IMG/VR virus record: IMGVR_UViG_3300014208_000026
Location: 1-64,000 of that record
Direction: 5' to 3' (one strand)
Length of the DNA stretch: 64,000 bases
From: a virus
Taxonomy: Duplodnaviria > Caudoviricetes
Shown here: positions 54,674 through 63,308 of the stretch, piece after piece
How the letters are laid out: every line of letters begins with the position of its first letter
Numbering within the stretch: position 1 is the first letter of the stretch
Notes under the pieces: model-generated
The model's input: the letters and a program-made list of their open reading frames with translations, nothing else
Databases searched by the model: none
What the model was told of the DNA's origin: nothing
Translations under genes and position numbers: made by a program

Positions 54674-54679
54674 AGTATA
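54669..54679 (+). promoter_or_regulatory. class II motif AATAGAGTATA
   Basis: Upstream of the clamp operon. Confidence 0.6.
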
Positions 54680-54721
54680 TAGGGGACTGACGAGTTCACC
54701 GGACTGAGAGGTAAAAAGAAA

Positions 54722-54994
54722 ATGCCGGATCCTACGATGCAGTTGGAAGCCGCTCTCAAGAAGCGGGAGACGCTCTCGAACCTGAAGGAGCGGTTGACAG
54801 GTACTTTGGAAGCCGCTAAGAAGCGTCAGGAAGAGGCTCGGGCGGAATGCCAGAAGCGGGGGATCGACCCCGACAATCTGGACAACGTGATCAAGAAGTT
54901 GGAGACGGCCTTCTCCGAGGGCGTTTCCAAGTTCAGTGCAGATTTGGAAGTTGCGGAAACCAACCTCAAGCCGTTTGCAGGAGAACAAGGATGA
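54722..54994 (+). CDS. small coiled-coil protein
   Basis: 90 aa, heptad-rich. Confidence 0.65.
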   Translation: MPDPTMQLEAALKKRETLSNLKERLTGTLEAAKKRQEEARAECQKRGIDPDNLDNVIKKLETAFSEGVSKFSADLEVAETNLKPFAGEQG

Positions 54995-56142
54995 AGATTC
55001 AGGTTGCCAGCCAGGACCTCAAGGCCGCGTTCAAGGTTGCGTCGTGCGCCGTGGGTAGTGAGGGCGAAGACGTCCAGACCCATTTCGTGTTCAGGGCTTC
55101 GGACAAGGGGAAGGTGGAGATCCTGTCCTATTCCCAGCGTATCTTCGCCAGTTCCCCTCTGGTCTGCACGGTAGAGGGCGGGCCTTTCTCGTTCACGATG
55201 CGTGCAAAGGATATCCAGAAGTGGGTGCGGGCTCTGCCGGATGAGCTGTTGACGTTGGAATTCGACCAGGGTACCGCCAACGTGGTGGCCAAGGCCAGCA
55301 ATGCCACTGTCCCGTTCGGATCCCTGGATCCGGCCAGTTTCCCCTACTGGGACGGCGAACTGAAGGACGCCAAGGAGATTTCAGAGATTCCGGCCGGTGC
55401 CTATCGTGAGGCCCTGATCTATGCTCGCGGGTTTGCTTCGAAGGAAGACACGCAGCAGCCCGCTCTGTGTGTTGTGCGAGTGCAGGATGGTGTGTGCATG
55501 GCGACGGACCAGACCGGCGTGGTCAAGGTCACTATCCCTTCCCTGAAGGGCACCTCTACCCTGGCCCACACCAAGTACCTCAAGGGTCTGACCGACTACC
55601 TGGGGGGCTTGGGGACGAAGCCGGTCAAGGTGCTCACTCATCCCCGTATGACTGTGTACGTGGGTCCGGATGGGGAATATTTCGGGGAGAGCGCTCACGG
55701 GCTCATGTTCCCCGACCTTTCGATTGACGGGAATATCCAGGACCAGAACTGGTGGGAGTTCAACGTCAAATCGATGCAGTCGGCTATCGAGGCTCTGGGG
55801 GCTACGGCCAAGGACGATGATCAGAAGATCAAGTTCCGTCTCGACCCGCAGGCCAACAAGATCATGATGTCAATGGCTACTCGAACGGGCGGAGAGAGCC
55901 GTTTCGAAGTTCCCTGCCTGGGTTACGGGAAAGAGCCGGACTTCGATATCTACACCGACACTTTCACTTTGGGGAAGGGCCACCTTCTCACGATCCTGGG
56001 CCTGTATACGGACGCCACTGCCCGTCTCGGGGTGAACTACCCTGGAGCCAAGACGAAGACCGGTTGGGTTCGTCAGCGTCGTGTTGTCGCCAGCCCTGAG
56101 GGCGATTGCGAGTTCCTGGCAATCCTTCTCTGGCTGTTCTAG
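54991..56142 (+). CDS. dnaN: DNA Pol III beta sliding clamp
   Basis: About 383 aa, repeated beta-rich domains, DPASFP and MATDQ; ATG at 54991. Confidence 0.75.
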   Translation: MKIQVASQDLKAAFKVASCAVGSEGEDVQTHFVFRASDKGKVEILSYSQRIFASSPLVCTVEGGPFSFTMRAKDIQKWVRALPDELLTLEFDQGTANVVAKASNATVPFGSLDPASFPYWDGELKDAKEISEIPAGAYREALIYARGFASKEDTQQPALCVVRVQDGVCMATDQTGVVKVTIPSLKGTSTLAHTKYLKGLTDYLGGLGTKPVKVLTHPRMTVYVGPDGEYFGESAHGLMFPDLSIDGNIQDQNWWEFNVKSMQSAIEALGATAKDDDQKIKFRLDPQANKIMMSMATRTGGESRFEVPCLGYGKEPDFDIYTDTFTLGKGHLLTILGLYTDATARLGVNYPGAKTKTGWVRQRRVVASPEGDCEFLAILLWLF

Positions 56143-56153
56143 GAGACAAGACT

Positions 56154-56567
56154 TTGGAACCTCTAGTCTTATACTTGAGCAGACAGTTGGGGTTGGGGGT
56201 TTCCTGCAACGCTCTATGCCAGGAGTTGCTGGACGACCAGTCTTTGCTGGGGCGGGCCTATCCCCGGGTGTGTCGCAGTCGCGTAGCGGCACAGCTTAGG
56301 GCCCAGACAAAAATCCGCAAAGCTCTGGATTGTTCTTTCAAGCCTCTATTTGCGTGGTTCCTGGAACGCAAAGCGGGCCAGACCTGGGACGTGGTCAGTA
56401 AGCAGGTTGTTTTGGCGGGTAGTGTGAAGGAGGCTCGCGTGTTGGCTTCTGAAAAGGCCGGAGAAGAAGGGGCTCGGTGTTGGTTGTCGGGGCGACGGTC
56501 TACATGCACCCGACTCCCCTCTGTGGAAGGGCCTGCTCGTGCTCTTGTCAACAATTACGCAGGCTAG
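56154..56567 (+). CDS. hypothetical protein
   Basis: AGGAG RBS and TTG start. Confidence 0.4.
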   Translation: MEPLVLYLSRQLGLGVSCNALCQELLDDQSLLGRAYPRVCRSRVAAQLRAQTKIRKALDCSFKPLFAWFLERKAGQTWDVVSKQVVLAGSVKEARVLASEKAGEEGARCWLSGRRSTCTRLPSVEGPARALVNNYAG

Positions 56568-56575
56568 GCTTTAAG

Positions 56576-57220
56576 ATGGAACCTCTTCTGGCTGTCCCCG
56601 CGATTACACCCCTTCGCTCAAAGCTGGAGAGGGTGAAGGGAGTTCGAGACGGCGAGCAGCTTCGTCTCTCTACCCTCCAGAAAGCTATCAAGAAGTTGGA
56701 AGAGGACGAAGAACTTCTGAGTCTGGTTTCCGCCCTCCTGCGTTCCCTGATTGATAAGGAAGTGGAAGCAGGGAAGCAGGTCATCGAACGTTTGCAGACC
56801 GAGGCGTTGCAGGCGGTGTTCGATGATCAGGATATTTCCCTGCGAGCGGAACTTTCCATCCAGAGGAACAAGGTAGCCGTCGAGTTGGTGACTGTCCAGA
56901 AGCAAGAGGACGGCACGGTGAATCAAGGTATCAGTTCGGACGCTTTCGGCGGGGCTGTGACTACGGTAGAATCCGTGCTGATGCGTATCGTCGTGATCCT
57001 GCGCCGAGAGCTTCGTAGGATTCTGTTGTTGGACGAGAGCCTTCCGGCGTTCGATCCCAACTACGTGACGAACATGGCGAAGTTCCTCTCCCTGTTGTGT
57101 GCTAAGCTGGGCTTGGATATTTTGCTCATTAGTCACAACCCCGTTCTGATTGAAGGGAGCGATAGCGCCCTCACACTGGTCAAGAAGGGCAATTTCGCCA
57201 AACTGACAAGGCTTCGTTAA
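56576..57220 (+). CDS. SbcC/Rad50 C-terminal half: signature, Walker B, H-loop
   Basis: Short coiled coil, AFGG, LLLDESLPAFD and LLISHN; no Walker A. Confidence 0.8.
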   Translation: MEPLLAVPAITPLRSKLERVKGVRDGEQLRLSTLQKAIKKLEEDEELLSLVSALLRSLIDKEVEAGKQVIERLQTEALQAVFDDQDISLRAELSIQRNKVAVELVTVQKQEDGTVNQGISSDAFGGAVTTVESVLMRIVVILRRELRRILLLDESLPAFDPNYVTNMAKFLSLLCAKLGLDILLISHNPVLIEGSDSALTLVKKGNFAKLTRLR

Positions 57221-57221
57221 A

Positions 57222-57800
57222 ATGAGCACTGCTCAACGTACCGGAATGAAGCGTCGGAAGGAAGTTGAACAGAAGCTCCGACAGGTACGTTTCCGGCACT
57301 TGAAGGTCTATTTGAACGAGAAGCTGAAGCGAGCCGCCTGTAACTGTGAGTTTTCGGGCTGCTACCCCCAGGGAACAGAGGCCACTTGTGCTCATGCAGC
57401 CCTCCTTGACGTCCCCTATCGTATCTGCGATTCCAGGTTCGGAGGGGATAAGATCGCTCAGGTGTGTCCTCATTTCCAGGCCAAGCTGGGGGTCGAGCAG
57501 TACAAGGAAGAGTTCCGGCAACTCATGACCCGCAGTCGGGCTGAGATTGCTCAACGGTATCCTGATATCGCGGCTCTCATGTGGGTGCTCGGTGAGGATT
57601 TCGTGCAGGATATTCAATTGGAGGCTGATGATGTCTGGTCTGAAACCGAAACCCCGCAAGATTCTGGCTCTGCACCTGGACCAGATGACGAAGCCTGTAC
57701 CCGAGCGGGCCTCGGAGAAGGCGCCGACCTCACCGGCAGAGTGCCCGAAGGTGCCTCGCAAGAACCACGACCTTCTGGGGCGGGGGACACTGCCTCTTAA
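57222..57800 (+). CDS. Cys-rich hypothetical protein
   Basis: CNC...C...CAH...ICD...CPHF. Confidence 0.6.
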   Translation: MSTAQRTGMKRRKEVEQKLRQVRFRHLKVYLNEKLKRAACNCEFSGCYPQGTEATCAHAALLDVPYRICDSRFGGDKIAQVCPHFQAKLGVEQYKEEFRQLMTRSRAEIAQRYPDIAALMWVLGEDFVQDIQLEADDVWSETETPQDSGSAPGPDDEACTRAGLGEGADLTGRVPEGASQEPRPSGAGDTAS

Positions 57801-58341
57801 AGAAGGGACCCTGCTCGTAGAGTTTCCTGTTCACCCTGGACTCGCTCCTTACTTGGTTACAGGGGCTTCGAAGCCCCATCTTTGGATTGAGCGGGCTTTT
57901 GGCAAGGGCGGTAGGGGTGCTTACGTCCGTCTCGCGGTGAAGTCCCAGGAAAAGGATCTCGGAGCCTACTACTGGTCCATGGTGGAGACTTTGAGTCAGC
58001 GGAGTGATCAGTCCGGATGGGGGAGCATATTCAAGGCCACTCCGGAGGTGCCTTTTGAGGAAACCATCCGTAAGGCTCTCCAGTATGTTCTCTCGTTCGA
58101 TATCAGCGAGGTCGAGGTGTTGGTCCATCCCGACTGTGCAGATTCTGCCATGAAGGCCGTGGCTCCTGAATTTGTGACTCCGGTTACGTGGTTCAAGACC
58201 CCTTGTTGCGTGGTGGTGCCCAGGGATCGCGATTTCCTGGGGGCTCTCCTGGCCGTGTCCCCTGGAAGGTTTGTGGGGATCGTCCACAATGCCAGTCGTG
58301 GTTTTGCAATGGCTGTCCCGACTGCGGGGGTCGCGGTTTGA
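57685..58341 (+). CDS. hypothetical protein
   Basis: ATG at 57685; coupled to the primase gene. Confidence 0.6.
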   Translation: MTKPVPERASEKAPTSPAECPKVPRKNHDLLGRGTLPLKEGTLLVEFPVHPGLAPYLVTGASKPHLWIERAFGKGGRGAYVRLAVKSQEKDLGAYYWSMVETLSQRSDQSGWGSIFKATPEVPFEETIRKALQYVLSFDISEVEVLVHPDCADSAMKAVAPEFVTPVTWFKTPCCVVVPRDRDFLGALLAVSPGRFVGIVHNASRGFAMAVPTAGVAV

Positions 58342-59036
58342 GAGCGTGGCTTGAAGAGGCTCTGTCGAATACTGAGTTGCCGGAGGACGCAATAGGGTAT
58401 CTATTACGGCGTGGCGCCAAACCCGAGACCTACACGAAGATGGGGGTTACAGTTTGGCAGGCTCCGGAAGCGGTAGCGCCGGACCAGAGCCGCAAAGACC
58501 GGTATGGCCCCAGGTGGGAGAAGCTTCAGGGACGGCTTGCTATCCCGCTAGTATCCCCCGCAGGTAAGGTAATTGGGGTCGAGTTTCGAGGGATGGAGCA
58601 GAAGAAGTTGGATCGGTATCTGCTCCCCGAGGCGGAGTGGAATCCGGTCTGGCATATGATTCCAGGGTCCGTGGAGGCTCTGTGGGCTGGACGTCCTGCG
58701 TGGTTGGTTGAGGGGGCTTTCGATATGTACGCCATGGAATGGGCGGCCCCTGGAGACGGTATTTTCGCAGTGCTGAGGGCGGCTCTTTCCAGGAAGCAAA
58801 TTGAGTTCCTGAGGCGGTTTGCCTCTTTCGTGAATGTTTGTTTCGACAGGGATAAGCCCGGGTTGGAAGGCATGCATGGAGGAAAGGACAAGACCGGTAA
58901 GTTTCATCCTGGGGCGTTGTACCTCCTCAGGAAGGCCGAGATCGCGTGTGCAGAGGTTGTTTTCCGGGGGGGTAAAGACCCCGGTGAATTGTGGGATGCA
59001 AGGGGTCGGGACATGACGGCATGTTTCGGTCGCTAG
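58338..59036 (+). CDS. DnaG-type primase catalytic (TOPRIM) core lacking zinc-binding domain
   Basis: YLLRRG, IGVEFR, WLVEGAFD, CFDRDKPG and KDPGE. Confidence 0.8.
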   Translation: MRAWLEEALSNTELPEDAIGYLLRRGAKPETYTKMGVTVWQAPEAVAPDQSRKDRYGPRWEKLQGRLAIPLVSPAGKVIGVEFRGMEQKKLDRYLLPEAEWNPVWHMIPGSVEALWAGRPAWLVEGAFDMYAMEWAAPGDGIFAVLRAALSRKQIEFLRRFASFVNVCFDRDKPGLEGMHGGKDKTGKFHPGALYLLRKAEIACAEVVFRGGKDPGELWDARGRDMTACFGR

Positions 59037-59061
59037 CACCATCGACAAGAGGAGAGAAGAA

Positions 59062-59580
59062 ATGGAGTACTGGCTGGCACCGGAAGAGGAACTGAAGCGG
59101 ATCCAGGAGATGGCGGACAAGTACGAGCGCCTGAATCAGGTCGCTCTCGTCTCGGATGAGATCGCCATCGTGTTTCGTGAGAAGGCGTCGAAGTCGGGCG
59201 GCAAGGTTTCGCTCGGGAAGACCCTGAAGACGAGTCCGATGCAGACAGCTTTGTCGGCAAAGGATTGGAAGTTCGTCCTTCAGGTCGGGCATGATGAGTG
59301 GGTGAAGCTTGACGCCACCCAGCGGGAGGCCCTGCTGTTCCACCTGCTGTGTGGTTGCGGCGTCAAGGAAGATGAAGAGGCGGGCGGGGATCTCGCGTTC
59401 ACCGTCATTCCTCCGGATATCCAGGCGTACCGCGAGGAACTTGAGATTTTCGGTGTCTGGCAACCCAAGGGTGAGGACGAAGAAGAAGCCTCGTCCGCCT
59501 CTGTCGAGGCTCTGTTCTCGAAGAAGGAACTGGACAAGGGCAAGGGCGTCGACGCTGCGGAAGAAGAGGATTCGGAATAG
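59062..59580 (+). CDS. phage metallopeptidase-like protein with degenerate HExxH
   Basis: WVKLDATQREALLFHLLCG...PPDIQAYREELEIFG. Confidence 0.55.
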   Translation: MEYWLAPEEELKRIQEMADKYERLNQVALVSDEIAIVFREKASKSGGKVSLGKTLKTSPMQTALSAKDWKFVLQVGHDEWVKLDATQREALLFHLLCGCGVKEDEEAGGDLAFTVIPPDIQAYREELEIFGVWQPKGEDEEEASSASVEALFSKKELDKGKGVDAAEEEDSE

Positions 59581-59624
59581 TCTCTGGACCGTTCTAGCTT
59601 GATGATCTCCCGAAGAGGTGCTGA

Positions 59625-61064
59625 GTGAGTTACGATACTTCGTTCCGGCCTCGAACCTACGATGAAGTGTTGGGGCAGGAAGCTATCATTCGAGTCCTTC
59701 GGGAGATCATCAAGCAAGGTCGGGGGTTTCAACAGTCCTACGTGTTTGCGGGTCTGTGGGGCGGCGGAAAAACCACGTTGGGTAGAATCTTCGCCAGAGC
59801 CCTTCTCTGTCAGCATCCGAAGGATACGGGAGATCCTTGTGATGAGTGTCTTTCTTGCAGGTCTTTCCTGGAGAAGGGAGTCAGCGAAGATTTTACAGAG
59901 GTAGACGCCGGAGCGACGTCCAAAGTAGAAGATGTGCGTAAGATTCTTGATCTTTTACAGTTCCAAACATTCTCCGGTAAACAACGGATATACTTGATCG
60001 ATGAGAGTCATCGTCTAAGTTCGGCCTCCAGAACAGCACTTCTTAAGTCTTTAGAGGATGAGGTTAAACCCGGCTCTAAAGATAAGCAGCTTGTTTGCAT
60101 ATTCTGTACTACAGAGCCAGAATCAATGCACCCAACGATCTTTTCTCGCTGTGCCCCTATCTTTAGAGTTCAAGCAGTGGCTCCCGAGATCCTTGCCAAG
60201 CGGCTGGCTTTCGTGTGTGAGCAGGAGAAGGTCCCGTACGACAGGGAGGCTCTGGTTCTAGTCTCCGAGATCGTGGAGTGCCATATCCGTGACGCCCTGA
60301 AAGCCATAGAAGGGATAGCCCTTCTGGGGGCCGTCAACTTGGAAAACACTCGGTCCTACCTGCACCTGGATTTGCAGGATACCTACCTGTCCATCATCGA
60401 GAACCTCGGAACGGACCTGCAAGGAGTCTTGTCCCGTACGGACGAAATGTTCCTTCAGATTTCTCCTGCGACGTTCTACGAGAAGCTGGCCGAGATTGCT
60501 TTGCTGGCCTACCGGCTCTTTCTTGGGATCCCCCCGCAAGGTTCTCACTGGGACAAGGTTCGGTTGCAGGCGGTGGGGCAGAGATTCGGGGAGAAGCTTA
60601 TCGACGTGGCATCTTGGCTGTCCCAGCGTCCGGTACGGCCTTCCCCCGCTATGGTGCATTGTGATCTGGCGATTCTGCATCGTGTAGTGTCTGGCGTGCA
60701 AGCTTTGCCCGCGACAAATCCCGACCCTGTTGTTTTCATGGCAAGTTCTGCCCCGCCCGTCGCGCACCCTATTAGCAATATGCCTCTTCCCGCACTTTCT
60801 TCTCCGACACCGATAGTTTCTCAGCCCCAGGCTGTTTCTGCAACTTCGGTATCTACAAATGGGAAGACTTCTGGTACTATATCGATGGTAACAGCAGGTG
60901 GGCGTTTCGATGCTGATCCACGAGGGTATCGAAGACCTGATTCTGTTGAAACAAAAAAGAACCCTGCGATCATGGAACCTGCCGATTTCGGACGGTTCCT
61001 GTATCAACACTTTTTGAGTATTGCCGATGGACAAACGGGACAATCCAACATGGGTGGTAGTTGA
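59625..61064 (+). CDS. dnaX: DNA Pol III gamma/tau
   Basis: YRP-like FRPRTYDEVLGQ, GGGKTT, CDECLSC, IDESH and SRC. Confidence 0.92.
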   Translation: MSYDTSFRPRTYDEVLGQEAIIRVLREIIKQGRGFQQSYVFAGLWGGGKTTLGRIFARALLCQHPKDTGDPCDECLSCRSFLEKGVSEDFTEVDAGATSKVEDVRKILDLLQFQTFSGKQRIYLIDESHRLSSASRTALLKSLEDEVKPGSKDKQLVCIFCTTEPESMHPTIFSRCAPIFRVQAVAPEILAKRLAFVCEQEKVPYDREALVLVSEIVECHIRDALKAIEGIALLGAVNLENTRSYLHLDLQDTYLSIIENLGTDLQGVLSRTDEMFLQISPATFYEKLAEIALLAYRLFLGIPPQGSHWDKVRLQAVGQRFGEKLIDVASWLSQRPVRPSPAMVHCDLAILHRVVSGVQALPATNPDPVVFMASSAPPVAHPISNMPLPALSSPTPIVSQPQAVSATSVSTNGKTSGTISMVTAGGRFDADPRGYRRPDSVETKKNPAIMEPADFGRFLYQHFLSIADGQTGQSNMGGS

Positions 61065-61656
61065 ACTCAACCGGACCGGAGAGGTCAAGGTTGAGGAAGG
61101 TACCTTAGAAGAGTCCCTTCGGCGTGACCTGGATGCTGATCTTCCCCTTTTCATTCCAGCTAAGACCTACATGAAGGGCAATAAGCCCGTTACCGTACAG
61201 TTGATGCAGGGGTACGCTTTTGTTGGGGCGGGGCTCGACGAAGTTTCCTACTTCGCTTTGGAGAAGCGCCCTTACGTCAGTCGAGTTCTCTCTTCAAAGA
61301 ATGCAAGCAAGATGCGGGTTCTGCAGGTCGTCTCAGACGAGAAGGTCAAAGAGCTTCGTAGAAAGCTGCGGGAGGCGATAGCTTCCGATATCGAGATCGG
61401 GGCTCACGTTACGATTACGGAAGGGCAGTACGCCAAGCTAGACGGGAAAGTGGTCGGACTGGAAGAAGACAATGCCTTTGTCTACGTTGTGCTGCGATCT
61501 TTGAAGATCGTTGCGTCCGTGCCGGTGGTCTTTCTTGAGACCGTCGAATGCGGGGCAGATTGTGCTGTGTGTCTTGGACTGGGCGACGGCGAGAGAAGCC
61601 GCAACACCTGGGGAGATGCAGCATGGCACAATTTTGGTCCGGACATCAAGTCGTAG
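61027..61656 (+). CDS. nusG: NusG-family transcription factor (NGN + KOW)
   Basis: WVVV, LMQGYAFV and IGAHVTITEGQYAKLDGKV. Confidence 0.8.
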   Translation: MDKRDNPTWVVVELNRTGEVKVEEGTLEESLRRDLDADLPLFIPAKTYMKGNKPVTVQLMQGYAFVGAGLDEVSYFALEKRPYVSRVLSSKNASKMRVLQVVSDEKVKELRRKLREAIASDIEIGAHVTITEGQYAKLDGKVVGLEEDNAFVYVVLRSLKIVASVPVVFLETVECGADCAVCLGLGDGERSRNTWGDAAWHNFGPDIKS

Positions 61657-62228
61657 ACCCAACTGAGTTGGAAGCAAGGTTCTCCAATGAGGACGGGATA
61701 GGCTACCTGGAGTCCATTACCGAAGAGCCTTCAGAAGAGGCTCTAGAGAAGATCAAGAAGGTTCGGGTCATAATGGAGACGCTTCCGGACAGGGAAGCGG
61801 ACTTCGTCGACCTGTATTTCTTCAAACAGATTCGGCAGACTGGCATTGCCGATATTTTCAAGGTCAGTCAGCCGACCGTTTGTTACCGGCTCCAGAGAGC
61901 GACGGCTCGAATACGATTCCTGCTGGAACTGCCCGCCTTGATCTGGGAAGATTTCCAGCGGGATGTGGCTGTGGCTTTGCCTGATTTTCTTGACCGACGG
62001 ATCATGTTCCTTATGTATGGGACGGCTTGTCAGAGTGAGGTAGCCAAGATTCTGAAGGTGTCCCAGGGGTTGGTTCGGCACCGGTTCATCCGTTCCATCG
62101 TGCGTTTGAGGGATCACGCGGATATGGGCCTCTATGCCAAGTTGTTCGAAGCTATTGCCAGCAACCTGAATATCCGTAGGGAAGTCCAGCGTTCTTGGGA
62201 AGGCCGCGTCTCCTGCGTTGTTGCCTAA
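61623..62228 (+). CDS. protein with two tandem sigma70 region-4 HTH domains
   Basis: LPDREADFVDLYF..QTGIADIFKVSQPTV and LPDFLDRRIM..QSEVAKILKVSQGLV. Confidence 0.7.
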   Translation: MAQFWSGHQVVDPTELEARFSNEDGIGYLESITEEPSEEALEKIKKVRVIMETLPDREADFVDLYFFKQIRQTGIADIFKVSQPTVCYRLQRATARIRFLLELPALIWEDFQRDVAVALPDFLDRRIMFLMYGTACQSEVAKILKVSQGLVRHRFIRSIVRLRDHADMGLYAKLFEAIASNLNIRREVQRSWEGRVSCVVA

Positions 62229-62241
62229 TCTGGCACTTTCG

Positions 62242-62256
62242 TTTTCCTGTCTATAG
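62242..62256 (+). promoter_or_regulatory. class III motif TTTTC-N4-CTATAG
   Basis: Ahead of genes with linker/leader motifs. Confidence 0.5.
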
Positions 62257-62340
62257 CCTTCTTCTAGTAGAGCAGTGTCGGGAGTGGCGATGTCAAAAAG
62301 TTCGGTCCAAACAGAGTCGAAAGGCACCCAGCGAGTCGTG

Positions 62341-62616
62341 ATGTCACACAAGGTGGCCTCTCGTTGGCTAGAGCAGGCGGCTCAGCCTGAGTACCGCATG
62401 CGAGTGTTTGTGGGGTCCGACTATGAGAACCTCCCTAACCTCCTGCGATCGTTCCGTGACGGCAAAGTGGCGTTGAAGAAAGTGGCTTCTATTCCAGACC
62501 TGGGGATTGAAGTCCAGGCCGATTACGTGTCGGTGTGGTCGAAGAACAGGACCGCGTTGCTCACGCTCCGGAAGTGGTGCGAGGATCGAAAGTTGGAAAC
62601 CTCGGGAATCTGGTAA
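62341..62616 (+). CDS. small protein starting KVASRWL
   Basis: ATG at 62341. Confidence 0.6.
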   Translation: MSHKVASRWLEQAAQPEYRMRVFVGSDYENLPNLLRSFRDGKVALKKVASIPDLGIEVQADYVSVWSKNRTALLTLRKWCEDRKLETSGIW

Positions 62617-62627
62617 GGAATAAGACC

Positions 62628-63296
62628 ATGAGCACACTCAGGAAGGCTGCGATTCAGTTGGCCCATGGGAACCCCAAGGTTCGTCCATATCTGTTGCCTC
62701 TACTGGCCCGTACGGCGGCGGGAGGAAAGTGGATTCAGGACGCCATTAAGCAGCCTGGGGCTCTCCATGAGCACTTTGGAATCCCGAAGGATGAAACTAT
62801 CCCCCCTGAAAAGATCGACGCCGAGATTGCCCGCGTGAAGTCGAAGAAGAAGCCTTCTGCGGGGGATGCAACCCTGCTCAAGCAGTTGAACCTCGCCAAG
62901 ACCCTCCGAGGGTTCGGGAAGAAAGCGGGGATGGTGGGGGACACAGAGCCTGTGCTGGGCACCGCTTTGGACTACTTCTCGCGAGATCGGGCCAAGAACC
63001 TTGTGAACAAGCTGCTGGCGAAGTACACGAATGGTATTTTCAGGGACACTTCTTGGAAGCCTCTGGGGGATATCCGACGGGCTTTCGAGCAGGCTAATAT
63101 CCCCCTGATCATTTCGGGCGGGACTTATGGCCACAACGATGAGGGCACGCCGACCAACAAGAGCTGGCACCTGGAGGTCCCCTTCATTAACCAGGGCGGG
63201 AAGCCCACATGGCTGATCGGTACTTGTGTGGCGTCGGGAGCAGGTTCCGTTAAGGACCCTCTGGAACGCTATGATCTCGTAGCATACGTGAGCTAG
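62628..63296 (+). CDS. modular protein with LAHxxPxxRxxLLPL leader
   Basis: MSTLRKAAIQLAHGNPKVRPYLLPLLARTAA then KWIQDAIKQPGALH. Confidence 0.7.
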   Translation: MSTLRKAAIQLAHGNPKVRPYLLPLLARTAAGGKWIQDAIKQPGALHEHFGIPKDETIPPEKIDAEIARVKSKKKPSAGDATLLKQLNLAKTLRGFGKKAGMVGDTEPVLGTALDYFSRDRAKNLVNKLLAKYTNGIFRDTSWKPLGDIRRAFEQANIPLIISGGTYGHNDEGTPTNKSWHLEVPFINQGGKPTWLIGTCVASGAGSVKDPLERYDLVAYVS

Positions 63297-63308
63297 GGGG
63301 TTAGGGCC

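Noticed and set aside
59062-59580. Active metalloprotease as the cargo-processing enzyme
   Set aside because: The HExxH motif is degenerate (HLLCG).
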